Source: Phoronis australis | Lineage: Eukaryota; Animalia; Phoronida | Length of the DNA stretch: 64,000 nucleotides | Direction of reading: 5' to 3' | Assembly: GCA_002633005.1 (NCBI GenBank) | Contig: NMRA01000110.1 | Span: 124,001-188,000 of the forward strand | Part shown: in pieces, positions 25,701 to 36,830 of the stretch | Numbering within the stretch: the first letter of the stretch is position 1 | How the letters are laid out: the number at the start of each line of letters is the position of its first letter | The notes under the pieces: generated by a model | Databases searched by the model: none | What the model was told of the DNA's origin: nothing | Seen by the model: the letters and a program-made list of their open reading frames with translations, nothing else | Program-made: the position numbers and the translations under genes

Positions 25701-28700
25701 TAGCTGCAGAATAATGGAAGAACAACGCCAATTTTTCCAACACTGCGGTAAATAATTAAGTTTACTCCAGTAAGAGTGTCGTTTTTAGTGACTAATTTTT
25801 TGTAACATTTTTGGTTATTTTTTACCTGCATCGCTGTAAAGCTGTATACTTAGTATACAACTTTGCACCAAGGCTTGGTGATGCTGCGAGATATTTTTTG
25901 TTGCTCATACAGATTGTTGCCAGCTTTTGGGCATTACACTCCTATTCCTTTATAATTGTGCATGGGCCCCCTTCAGAGACCGCTTGGAATGCACGTGGAC
26001 CTTTGCCTTTAGATATGTGTGGTTTCACCCGGCCTCTTTCTCCTACATCCAAGACCCACCACTGCATACTGTATGTAAATAGCCACTCGCCGTGAGTCAA
26101 AAATAAGCCCACATATTTGTGAGTCAGGTTGTGTGAGTTCAATGCACTTTAAAATTCAGCGGTATTGAATTTATGACAAAAAAATGAATTTCCAAAATAG
26201 GTTTTCTATCTTCAAATAATGTTTGCACTTTTCCCTCCTCAGAAGCTTAGCTAGCCCTAATTACCAAATTGTACAAATTAATGCCTTCACACAGACGCAC
26301 ACACACACACACCATCACTTTTTGCACCATTTGCTTTGGTTATGCAACTGAAACTAAAAAAATCACCTGGTCACATTTAATTCCAGTTAAATCCTGGAAT
26401 TTAATCTACCCACTGTACCATTTACAGGAACAAAAAACAGGCCTTTTGTTTGATCTTTGCCCAAACATAACTAAGACCTTAACCACTGTGGGAACAATTC
26501 ATTCCATGAATGCCTTTGGTTATCTCTTTGGAAATATTGTAGGTATAACAGCTGCCATTGCTTACAATGGATACCTGACCAATTTAATATTAGGACAGAT
26601 CATATCCCAGTCCCAACACTGCTCTGTTGACTAGATGGACTCTGAACAAAAGGTAGAGGCAACAGGGTCATGGACAATGTTAACTTTTATCCCTGCAATA
26701 GAGGTCTTTTCATATTGGAACTGTCTAAAGTACAAATGAGACCAAGAAAGCAACTCAGATTTGGTGGACAAAAATTCACAACTACCGTATTTGCCCTAAT
26801 AAGCGCCCAAAATTTCCCCAATAAGTGTTTTCAGACTTCGTTAAAAGCGCTCAGCCCATGGATGTGTGCCTTACCTAGATTTCTTAAGTTCTGCAGTAAC
26901 ATCTTCAATTTATCAATAATATCCGACAGTCCTGAAAACAATCATAGTGCGCGCCAAACTTCTAGACCAAAAGCCTCGCCACTGTGTCGGTATTTAGCCG
27001 TGAATATACACTTCAAACTTCTGCAAGGCTTCAAAAAGAATAAATTTAATTTTTTTGCAGATATCACGAGGTATGTGTCCTACTATGGTCTGGCTTTTCA
27101 GAACAGACAGTATACTTGTCAACGGAAGTGAATCTCGCCATCAGTCGGCAAGTTTTCGCCCTGGGATTTCCCCACAATTTTCTGATAAAGGATCGTAATT
27201 TAATGACAAAGTTTGATAGCAATGTACCACAATTTTGTGGAAAGTCGATCTGTCATACGCTACAGACACGTTGCAGAGCATAAATTTGATGAATTCTAGC
27301 TTAGGATCTCACCTGTTTCGGACACTGTGTTTTAACAGCCTTAGGCTCCAATAAGCGCACCCGCTCTCCTGAAACGAATTTTTCTAAGTGCCCTAGGCGC
27401 TTACTAGGGCTAATACGGTGTCTATAAATGAGACCAAGAAAGCAACTTAGATTTAGTGGACAGAAAGTCATAACTATATTTATGTAGCTGTCCATTAATT
27501 TAAAAGCAGCCATTGTCAACCCCTCCCATTGTTAATTTACCTAATTACGGTACATGGCGAATTATTGTATCTGCCATCAATTGAAATTTCATCAAGTATG
27601 TTGCTCTGACATCAAGTTTTTGTCTGCACTCTACTTACAGGTTGCACTTTTTGTCAAATTGGCAAAAGATTCAACCACAACTTCTAGTCCCCGAAGTGCT
27701 AGAAGCCTAAGGTCGTTCATCATGATCAGATTCAAAATGGCGGACGTGTTGGCTATAAGTTGTTTTCGAAGTCAGATTCAAATGCTCATAGAGGCCGCAT
27801 TTCTATGCGCCCACATACCTATACGTGGGTGCAAATTGCCTTCATCTCTGTCTGGGCGTCCAGCGTCCGCAGCTGTATCTCTTGAACCCCTCAAAGTATT
27901 TTCACCAAATTTGACGGATGGGTTCATATGAAGATAACGACAGAAGAGGACGAATTTCAGACGGATCTCACTGACTACCGTTGTGCCCCCTAGTGGCAAT
28001 TTATTTTTTTACATTTACCTCTGTATGTTTAAAGGTCGTCTACGGATTTTTGTGAAACTTGGCATATAGGCACCTGTTAGTAGGATGATGCTATATTCCT
28101 GTTTTCGGAAGGAGTCAATGTATTTTGCGCCACCTAATGACCATTTTTACTGTTTTTTTGGCATCCGCCTCTCTATCAACCAAACCGCTCTTAAAGATGA
28201 TTGTAAAAATTGGCATGCATGTATTTTCTTACTATGAAGAGAAAGCCTGTCGATGACTTTCGGATTAATCTGGCTACTGTGGCACCTCCTAGTGGCAGTT
28301 TTTCATGTGAAGACTCGCTCGTCAGTCACCTTCCGGCGGTGCCTTCTACATTAATATAGTGGGCCTCGCTCATAGGCTGCCTTCCAGAAGGGACCCTATA
28401 TTAATATCTGGGGCCGCAATCTCTGGCTGCCTTTCGGCGAGGCCCCCTATACTATTATAGGGGACCTCGCTGAAAGGCAGTCGAAAAGCGGGGCCCTCTA
28501 TATTAATATAGCGGGCTCCGCTCTCCGGCCGCCTTTCAACAAGGCCCCCTATATTATAAGGGTCCTCACCAAAAGGCGGCCGGAGAGCGAGGCCTTCTAC
28601 ATTAATATAGGGCCCCGCTCCCCGGCCGCCTTTTGGCGGGGCTCCCTATATTGATATAGAGGGCCTCGCTTTTGAGGCCTGAAATTCAATTTTTTGCCTA

Positions 28701-30361
28701 TGTCATTTTAATAAGAATAAGTCATTTTAAGTAATAAGCTGTTATATGAACTTTCCAAAAAGTTACCGAAATACGGGACAAATATCGAAAGGAGCTCGCT
28801 TCGTGCAAATTGCATTTGAGTGATCGAGCCAGCAATCCTATCTCAACTCAAAAACTGATTTTTCGCTGCGACCTTAAAATATTGTCGGTACACAATGAAC
28901 TTCCCCTTAGCAAAACCTACATTTTTCAACCGAAACTAGATTACCTCGCTGTGACGTTGAAAAAGATTACAAGTTCACCAAAATGGACTGGCGCCTTAAA
29001 TTGTTCCATCTGCACACTTGCACAAAATCTAGAGCTTGCTTTCTGTGATATCGTTCCAACAACTTTGTGGGACGCACAGCCGGAGGGACGCACTGATAAA
29101 TGTCGTAAATGCTATGTTCCTACTTCACGTTAAAGAGCGACGAGGGATCAAATTCATGTGATTATCAAAAAACGGAAGAGCAAGTTGTAGGTATTGGTTC
29201 AACGGTTAGTGACTCCATTAACTCGTATTAATAGAAATCAGGTAATAAAAACTGTGTCAAATCAAATCTTTTCTCTAAACATCTGCCAAGCCCCTTCTGC
29301 AAACTGAGATTTTGATGGAGTTAGTTGAGCAGGGTAAGTGTGAACATGAAAAACTTATGGCAAAACATACATCAATCCCTTTAATAGGGCTAAATATTCA
29401 AATTGTAACAAATGTTTTCAGCTTTAAGTCGGTTCCCCACTTAATCAGTTAGCTGATGTTGAGATAAAATTATTGAAAATGCACTGAGAACTCCGCTGGC
29501 GTAACAGGATCCGCAAATAATGCACGTGCATTACTGAACTGTAGAAGTTTGATGACACAGGGTGAATATTTTCCCACTGTCCTCCATTATCGTTTCATCT
29601 CCAATTACTACCCAGTTCACTTTCCTAGGATCGCCCTTGACCTTATTAAACTACACGGTGCGACTGTCGTGTACGCCTCTTGTTTGACAGTCTGCGTGTA
29701 CATTCTTACACTTAAACGCTGCATTTCGCTACGCACTTGATTACCTTAATGAAATGAAATCTTACGCTGCCGATTATTTACTGAAAAGTTAAAGAAAAGT
29801 GTTACTGAAATTTTCCACAAATAGTAGGCATGCATTAATAAAGCGACTGCACAAATTGCAAAGTTTTGCCGTGGGTTCTTCTGCCCGTGACATGTAAGTT
29901 GAGGCGGGCTCCTGAGTTGCGCGGGAATCTATTACGTGTTACGCGCGAGGACAACGGGTACCGCCACCCCTCGGTCCATATAGACATAACCTGATTTTCC
30001 TCGGGATCGCCCCCTAATTGTGACGTGTAATTGTGGACTATGCCTAACGGGAACATATGCTTTACGACTGTCCCGATTATAAGAGTGAACCGTTCAGTAA
30101 GAAGACAGTATTCATCATCTGTAAAAATAATGTTTCGTGCCACAACCTCTCGTAAGTATCTAACGTTATTAAACAAATAGAGGTCTATAATCCCTGCGCC
30201 TGCTTCCATTTATGGATAACTAGATGTAAACTATAAGCCTTACCAATGAAAGGCAGACATGGTGGTCCAGGGATTTTCATGAGAACGTTGCTCCTCCACC
30301 GGTAAACTTTATAAACCAGCCATAGCACAGCTAGCGTCACCAAGTGAGTAAAATCAAGCAT
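1539..30361 (-). CDS. Cytochrome P450, clan 2 (CYP17/CYP21/CYP1-like), complete 10-exon gene, 517 aa
   Basis: Exons assembled by hand: 30244-30361, 18341-18512, 17725-17856, 15818-15941, 15267-15479, 13953-14136, 11222-11316, 10819-10989, 3921-4048, 1539-1755. All introns are GT-AG, phases match, and the total is 1554 nt with no internal stop. Motifs: N-terminal TM + [19 protein letters not shown] (I-helix), EILR (ExxR), [14 protein letters not shown] (heme Cys). Confidence 0.95.
3921..4048 (-). CDS. P450 exon 9 (PERF motif)
   Basis: [42 protein letters not shown]; flanked by ttgtAG and GTGAGT. Confidence 0.93.
4540..8310 (-). pseudogene. LINE ORF2 (APE endonuclease + reverse transcriptase), multiply frameshifted
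   Basis: ATG at 8310 ([14 protein letters not shown]); YGPN, GDFNLV and SRLDFF (APE); [32 protein letters not shown] and QYADD (RT); Cys-rich C-terminus. The 3' end is approximate. Confidence 0.9.
8640..9467 (-). pseudogene. LINE ORF1, frameshifted
   Basis: ATG at 9467; coiled-coil-like segment, RPIV motif and the [19 protein letters not shown]-terminal pattern typical of LINE ORF1. The end is approximate. Confidence 0.75.
10819..10989 (-). CDS. P450 exon 8 (K-helix EILR)
   Basis: [57 protein letters not shown]; cccccAG / GTAGCC. Confidence 0.95.
11222..11316 (-). CDS. P450 exon 7 (I-helix second half, J-helix)
   Basis: (G)[31 protein letters not shown]; ttttttcAG / GTAAAA; 95 nt fits phases 1 and 0. 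Confidence 0.9.
11413..13072 (+). mobile_element. Non-autonomous Kolobok DNA transposon (copy 1) with THAP remnant, in P450 intron 6
   Basis: TTAA at 11409-11412 and 13073-13076; TIRs AGGAGAATGCCACCC / GGGTGGCATGCTCCT (purine-start termini). Internal frame 11595-11771 reads CIVPACPT*...ISFFLIP...LRKWL...HLRVCGLQ, a THAP zinc-finger pattern. Confidence 0.85.
13953..14136 (-). CDS. P450 exon 6 (H-helix to I-helix)
   Basis: [16 protein letters not shown]...[13 protein letters not shown](G); tttcAG / GTAAGG. Confidence 0.93.
15267..15479 (-). CDS. P450 exon 5
   Basis: [12 protein letters not shown]...[13 protein letters not shown]...KHFKICK; tttcAG / GTATTT. Confidence 0.93.
15818..15941 (-). 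CDS. P450 exon 4
   Basis: [41 protein letters not shown]; tacAG / GTGAGT. Confidence 0.93.
17725..17856 (-). CDS. P450 exon 3 (B'/C-helix)
   Basis: [43 protein letters not shown]; ccacAG / GTAGTC; phases 2/2 fit the neighbouring exons. Confidence 0.9.
18341..18512 (-). CDS. P450 exon 2
   Basis: (G)[57 protein letters not shown]; cacAG / GTTTGT. Confidence 0.93.
18886..19340. repeat. Alternating-orientation GC-rich array (left arm)
   Basis: Unit CCTCGCCGAAAGGCGGCCGGAGAGCGGGGCC alternates with its reverse complement, separated by the palindrome CTATATTAATATAG. Confidence 0.9.
20483..20890 (+). repeat. Dispersed repeat, with an inverted diverged copy at ~25285-25778
   Basis: ACTCTTCCTTGAGTAAACT...GTGTTGGAAAATTGGCGTT matches the reverse complement of 25285-25778. 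Part of it also recurs at ~18215-18290. Confidence 0.7.
21084..21233. mobile_element. 150-bp hAT-like MITE with a 5-bp TSD
   Basis: Termini CTGGGGCGGAT / ATCCGCCACTG; ACATC at 21079-21083 and 21234-21238. Confidence 0.7.
22953..25130 (+). repeat. Satellite-like tandem array, ~111-118-bp monomers with ABCD higher-order repeat
   Basis: The core CATTTCAACTAATTCAACTATTCCCACTAATCGCTGCGCCACCT recurs about 19 times. Four monomer types repeat in order at 22953, 23408 and 24320. Confidence 0.95.
26785..27418. mobile_element. Non-autonomous Tc1/mariner (pogo/Tigger-type) element
   Basis: TA + CCGTATTTGCCCTAATAAGCGCC ... GGCGCTTACTAGGGCTAATACGG + TG; 23-bp TIRs with 2 mismatches. Confidence 0.8.
28310..28680. 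repeat. Alternating-orientation GC-rich array (right arm)
   Basis: Same units and TATATTAATATA spacers as 18886-19340, in inverted overall orientation. Confidence 0.9.
30244..30361 (-). CDS. P450 exon 1 (ER membrane anchor + proline-rich hinge)
   Basis: [39 protein letters not shown](G); donor GTAAGG; phase 1 joins exon 2 as G-NLHQL. Confidence 0.92.
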
Positions 30362-32423
30362 CCTTCTGCAAATTGAATACTCACATCAACATAAATCTGT
30401 ATAACAATTTACACGAAGTTTCACTTGTGCATAAGAAAGTGAGCAACACGAAAATGGATGGAAAAGCTCTTATTTTTTGTCACTGGAATTAAAAAGTGAT
30501 TCGAAATATTGGGCCGTGTCCATGATTGCGGCAAATGTTTTTGGGACCCCAAAACGGATTTGGTGCAACCGACTCTTGTTCAACCACAAACATAACTGGA
30601 TCAGATTTCATTCGTTATAAAATACAGACGAGATCTCAACAACGCTGCTACAAATTTCTACATTATCATTTCGCTTTAGTTTTATGGAACTTAAGATTTT
30701 TTTCACGAAAAAAGTCCTATTTTTGGTTGTCCCTCGTGCAAACTTTTTTTTCAAAACAATTCCGAGTGGTGTTGTGAAGAACAAGACGTCAGTATCTGAA
30801 AGTTTCATGTGAATCCATCATGCCATTTCTGAGATATCTGTTCCCAAATTAGTCAAAGTTTGGAGGTTGTCTGTAGTCCTACATAACCTCACTGTACATA
30901 CACTAGGGTTATCTCGCAAGATATCTTATAGGGCATTGACATTGCATGTGACATAACTACATCTTTCCGTAGGGCCAAAGGTACAAATTAAATTCAAGAA
31001 GAACTTATTTTGTAGACTGAGCGTCAGACGTACTCTGCATGCCATATAGGACATGTTCTACGAGACATAGGCCTACATGTACAATATTAAGAATCACATC
31101 CCTGCTCCTGTGAACACAGTTTGTTTTATGCACATGTAAGCTATGCATTTTGTCAAAGGTGTCTTTTGAATACACTTTCGTCCTACAGGGATTTTTAATT
31201 AAAAAGGTATTTAGCATTGTTTTGAAGGCTTATTCACCCACAGTTGGTTCAATCACCGCTTATGGTAACCGTAGTTCTTCAGCTACAAAGCCGATCACAT
31301 GGTTGGCTGAGGGCGGTCTTTTTAAGTACGTCTCGATAAACTTGCTTTCCTAAATAACAAACTTTAAAACTAGAATAACAAGCTTGTTTCAATTGTTTGA
31401 TGATTGACAAATTAATGTTTTAAAGTTGAAACGAATGTACTCGTAGTTAACGCCTGTTCATGGGATAAATAAAACAGAGTTTAAAATAGGAATTTTCGAT
31501 TCAGCACAGGCTTAAGCAATGTGGCTATTACAGAAAAAGCATTGTCGAATTAATAAAGTTAAAGGCGTTCACAGCACTAAAGCAAAAATAACGCAGTTTA
31601 AGACATTTACATACACGTTAACAGACTATTGTGCTTGTTACCTGACACTTTATTAACACGTACTTGATAAACTGTTTGATAGTTTTGACCCTCCGAAGCA
31701 GCGCCCCGTCAAACTTTAAGAAGTTGAAGACTATCCGTTGACCGGGTTGATATACTCTGTTTATCGCTTTTAAATGAAACCCCGGTGCAAGGTCGCAGGG
31801 CGGTGAGAATGCGCTGTGGTCCCGGTACGTCCTGATCACAATTGAAAAACTAGTATTTACTCCCAGGCTTCCAGGTGGCCGGGCCAGATATTAACTCAGT
31901 TTTAATCTACGCTGTGGAAGACTTTCCGATATTTTACATAACGTGACATTCAGTGCTGTAGTGGGGCGTAGGCGCACCCTTTGGCATCTGAACGTAGTGC
32001 CTATGAACCGTAAGTTATGTTCAGTGCTCAAGGTGATACGGTGGGCTTTGAGCGCCTGGTGACAGTTGGTTTAAGGTAACTCAGTTTTAACGGAAAGAAT
32101 ACGTGAGGAGCTCACAGAGTCCAGTCGTCTTGGTTTGGCAGTATGTGAAGGGGCGAAACCGCAGCACGCGGAGTACTAGTACACGGGGGCGAACTTGTGC
32201 CTGTAAAATGTTGAGGCTACGTGTTCGCTTCACTCGAATTTCGGAAAAATATTCAACGTTTGCATCGCTTTTTCGATTTCTCTCGCTGTCGAATAGTGAG
32301 CACAAAACCTAGTAGGCGTAAACGGTAAACACAGGGGGACAAACGAATTGTACCCCCGAACAATATTTGGCTTCGAGAAACAAGCTCATTTGCAAACTAA
32401 AGCCACGACTTGTTAAGACAAAG

Positions 32424-33385
32424 AAAAAACGAGAGCGCTCGGAAGAGCGACACTTGGCGGAATTAACGGAAAAGATGACGACGGAGAAGATGATAACGAT
32501 GATAGTTATGATGATGAAGGTGGCGAGAATGAACACGATGTCATTCATATGACTAGTGAAGATGTAAGAAATCAGTAAGAAATAGGCTACAGTCTTGAGC
32601 GACACTTGGCGAAGTTAACTGAAAAGACGACGATAGAGATGACGACAGCGATGGAGATGACGACGACGATGATGATTACGATGATGATAGTGGGGATTAT
32701 GATCAACACGACAACATTCATATGACTAGCGAAGACGTCAGAAATCAGTAAGAAATAAGCTACTGACTTGTTCAATAGAAGCTAAACCAACATCAGTGCA
32801 GCAAGACCGGTCAACAAAGGAACAGCGCTATCACAAAATGTCAAATAATTAAAAAAGTAGACGTTCTAGAGAAAAATGAAAAATATCTCCCGAAAGCCCC
32901 TTCAAAACTCTGTCTAACGTGTTAGTTTTGTGAAATTCCGTAAACTTTTTGAAAAAATATTGAAATTTTGCATTTTTTTGAAATTCAACGTTAAATAATT
33001 CGAAAACGGTAAGTCGGAGAAAAAATTGAAAGGGTATGCCTCAGAAAATCCATTTGCGAAATTTCACGTCGTTTTCTCGTCCTGTTTAAAATGTCACCCC
33101 AGCACGATTGAAAATGGGTCAACATGCACCAGATCCGCCATCTTGAAAGCAATTTCCGGTTTTTAAGTCCAAATAATAGCATGTCATAAAAAACTAATAC
33201 TTGAGAAATTGCAAAGGAATTAGTTTGTTAATGCGCCCTCTACAGGAGAAAACGTTTTTTGCCCGAAATCGAGGTGCTCATGCGCAAATGTCTATATTTC
33301 CGCCATCTTTAACCAGAAGTAAATGATTCTGCACAAATGTAGAACATGTAAGGTATAACATACGTGCTGATTTTCAGCCATGTAC
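32424..33385 (-). mobile_element. Helentron/HINE-like non-autonomous element, 5'-truncated copy
   Basis: Reverse complement of the 46067-51377 unit, with the 3' hairpin GAGCGCTCGGAAGAGCG and subterminal ACTTGGCG. Confidence 0.7.
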
Positions 33386-34443
33386 CTATTTTTCTATTTT
33401 TTCTAGATTCATACATAACGTCAAAACATACAAAATATACATGTAGATAAGAGCATCTATCGTTGACTATTCGACAAGGGATAGCTGCTTACATTACACC
33501 TCGTGAATACTTGAATGGTTTGCATTTAAATCGATAAAACTTAAAATTTTAAGCATTTCATTTCTCTAAAATAATAACACACGGGATCTAAATTGTTTTT
33601 AAAATTCCATTTTTAAACTATGGTGCTACGTACGCATTCAGCCCTTTGTAGTGAAAGTCCAGCAGCGGTTTTACGAGTTTCACACTTAACAGTTAGTCAT
33701 ATGCGAGTATGAACTCTCCACTGTGCAGTTAAGACCTATACTATTGCGCGTGAACTATAATATGTCCACCACAGCGTGCACAAATGGGTTCCATCGAAAA
33801 TGCAAAATGCTCGTGCTTACATCCTTTTCACTAAAAACAAAGAACGTCGCTGACGTTAGTGGCTCTTCCAAAGCAAATTAAAATTAGCCGCAGCAATGCA
33901 ATTCATTTGATGGAAACGCTCTTTTGGGAAACTAAAACCAATTCACTGTGGAAAGCAATCTAATGGACCAGGTCTGATGCAATACCAAACTGTAAGTTCA
34001 TCTCAAGCTTGGAAATCATTTTTTAATCTTAGTAAGGAACAAAATAAGATAATTTCGAAACAGTAAGAGGTCAAAAGTTGTTTTCTATGATAAAGTTTGG
34101 GTTTATTGCCTGTTTCCCGGAAGTCAAGTGCGACCATACTCACAAATTCACCTATCTACTGAAAGCGAAACCTGTACCATGCGGATGCCTGAGTGTAGAC
34201 TTGTGGAACATCATTACTCCTCAATATATTTTGACTGAAACTGTCATTGTTTTATCGGTTGTAGGTGAACGATTTCCCACAATCCATTGTAAATGTCACG
34301 TTTCATTCTAACGTTAAAAAGGTCCATGATCAAGGGAGTGCAAATCGCATCCATCGACAATGTGACATGCATGTCCTTGAATGGCTGAGACTAACGCAAA
34401 ACAATGAATTCTTCATTTTACAAGCCATGTGTCTTTTACTACC

Positions 34444-35067
34444 CTAAGCAATTCCAACATGGCCGCTAGGAGAGCCGCTGTTAGTATTTCTTCCCAACGT
34501 AGCAGCTACCGAAACAATTATAATTAGCAGTATCGGCAACACAATGCTTGCGATGATCAAACGTTCAGCTCGCTTGGCGCAAATGTTCGTTCTATACATA
34601 GTGCTTGGCTCACGTCCTTCGTAATACTTCCATCTTTGTCCGGCGGGCAAAAATGAACCCTGGAATTCCTGTCGGAAAAAAATCACGATGGCAACAACTG
34701 AGAAAATCCATAACAAATTCATATATTTTTCTTTCAAAGGTTTGTGACATCTTCTGTCAGCGTCTGTGACGATGACCTTTGATCCATCGAGAAGGTTCAT
34801 GACGACCTGTTTCAGTACTCTTCCGTCGGGGGTCATTTGATACACCGAATCTCCTTTGCTGGATACACTATTGAGAGACGTTCGGCTGCCGTGCTCATCA
34901 AACGCAGGGTTCGTGTTACTATCGCCATCTGGCTTAAAGGAAATAACAAAGAACTTCTTTTTACCATTTTGTACACTAGCCGTTTCTTCATCCGCCAAGT
35001 CTATACCGACATCAGACGGTGCACGTCCCGGTTCCCCAACGGCTACCCGGTAACTGAACCCAGGCAT
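34444..35067 (-). CDS. Two-TM membrane protein, CD225/dispanin-like (207 aa from the first ATG of the exon)
   Basis: Open frame 35144->34444 behind the acceptor TGTTGCAG. Long polar N-terminus, then hydrophobic LLWIFSVVAIVIFF and AKRAERLIIASIVLPILLIIIVSVAATL, resembling the CD225 layout. The family call is by eye. Confidence 0.7.
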   Translation of the reverse strand: MPGFSYRVAVGEPGRAPSDVGIDLADEETASVQNGKKKFFVISFKPDGDSNTNPAFDEHGSRTSLNSVSSKGDSVYQMTPDGRVLKQVVMNLLDGSKVIVTDADRRCHKPLKEKYMNLLWIFSVVAIVIFFRQEFQGSFLPAGQRWKYYEGREPSTMYRTNICAKRAERLIIASIVLPILLIIIVSVAATLGRNTNSGSPSGHVGIA

Positions 35068-35145
35068 ATTTCGATGATCATCCACGCCATCTGTTTCATC
35101 CCTCAAAAAGCCTCCTCGGATATGTGATGGAACAAGGTCTCCGAC

Positions 35146-36830
35146 TGCAACACGATTTAATTAGTCTCTTTTGCCGTCTTAGTCGGTATATAATCACATC
35201 GCCTGGCATACGGTCGACATTACCTTGCCAAGAGGTGTCGCGTTAACCTGTGAGGAAGGTGAGAAACGACGCTAGCGACATCAGTGGTTCATATGCAGAG
35301 TTAATGCTGCTATGTTGCGGTGCATCGTCCCCGCTTGTCCGAAATAAGCAGCTGCGAGGAAAGTAGGTACATCGCTTTTTTTTTACTTCCTCAAGCGTCC
35401 GAAATGCTTAGGAAGTGGCTCATGGTAGTGAAGAATGACATGTACGCTGTAAATAGCAAGTATGAAGCCGTGAAACATCTCCGTGTCTGTGGCCTGCAGA
35501 CGTCGAAAGTGCCTGACGAATGCCGGTTTACCAAATAACTCCATACGTTCCATTGTCTGAGCTTGTTCACGGCGCCTCTCTAGTATTTCTTCATCACTGT
35601 ATTCCTGTTCGAATTGATAGCTTGTAAAACTTAACGATCCACCTGTGAAGTCGAAACTAATGAAATCTAGCTCGTCCTAAGTCGGGCCTGCGAGTTGCCA
35701 TGTTGGCGTTTATTACTGAGCTTTCTGTTTCAAAATGAATTATTCTCACCCTAACCAATACTTATATAAAACTGAAACAAAGTCTGTCTCATTAGATGTA
35801 ATTTGGAATGCCTTTGGAGTGCTCGTGAATGCAAATGTTTTGAGAAGCCAGCAATGAATAAATCACTGCATTACCCGCTTTAGGTGCAATAACTGAAACT
35901 AATTGACGGGACACCGAGGTCGTGTGAGCTCATGCTAATTTAGTGTTTGCTGGCAGAAACTGTTGTGAAACAACTCGATTCCCATCCCACGGTCAAGTGT
36001 TAGGGGAATCTTTATTTACACTTACATTACTCAAAGAATGATTGTCAATGTACAACTTCTGCCCTGACGGTGCTGTGGCAGACTTCGGAAGCCCGGAACC
36101 TGAATTCGCGGCCCCCTACGAGTAAGTAGATTTGCAGTTTCGTCGCTTATTCACCAACATAATCACATGCACATTACTTTGGCACACAAGTATAGTATTT
36201 TCTTGACTGAAAGTTTAGTTTCCACTGAACTTTGGAAGGTTCATGTTTGTGATGTCTGATCAGTTTCCGAGCCACTGGCCGGGATGGCGCTAGTCAATCC
36301 GGCCGGCCGCGACGGGCCTGGGCGGGCTCCGAGCCACTGGCCAGGATAACAAGCGTTTTGTATTTAGGACTAAAAAAATCACATGTCTAAACAACACAGA
36401 TCTAGGTTCTCCTGTCTGTATCTCACGGAAAATACTTCGAAATTATCTCCGAACAGACCCCAAACTCCTGCTACGGACCTTATTGGCCTGCCGAACTTTG
36501 TAGGCTACGGTGTGTCCAACCAATAAATCCGTAAGAGCGAAATAAAACAACACATTTTGATAACAACTCGTTGTATTTTTAAGGGTTTTACATCGAAGTT
36601 TGATGATTTATTGGTGTAAAACGATGACTTCAAGCGATAAGCTGACACCAGTAACCCGTGTTGTGAACTGCTGAACAGACTGCGTGTGAAACCGATGACG
36701 TCATTTGATAATTTCAACACCTCCGTCTGCCGTCAGGTGTCAGGTAACGCAACCGTACGTGTCGTTACGGAGTAGAACTACTCGATCTAAGTTGATACAA
36801 ATTAGGTTGTTCTTTGGGTGGCATGCTCCT
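35146..36830 (+). mobile_element. Non-autonomous Kolobok DNA transposon (copy 2), left TIR eroded
   Basis: Colinear and highly similar to 11413-13072, including the THAP remnant. The right TIR GGGTGGCATGCTCCT is followed by TTAC. Confidence 0.85.

Larger units (their letters stand above)
18827..28740. mobile_element. Putative ~9.9-kb foldback-type element with ~450-500-bp modular inverted termini, in P450 intron 1
   Basis: 18827-~19340 and ~28310-28740 are inverted copies: an AT-rich end (ATGACTTATTCTTATTAAAATGACATAGGCAAAAAATTGAATT) followed by a GC-rich palindromic array. No transposase is seen inside and the TSD is ambiguous. Confidence 0.6.

Noticed and set aside
31642-31780. Possible non-coding first exon of the P450 (donor CAG|GTAACA; acceptor TTGCAG just before the ATG)
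   Set aside because: Plausible but supported only by short splice-like motifs; it needs transcript data.
32309-32775. Hydrophobic Ile/Val-rich ORFs resembling membrane proteins
   Set aside because: They are translations of the (GAT/GAC)n low-complexity tract of the HINE-like repeat.
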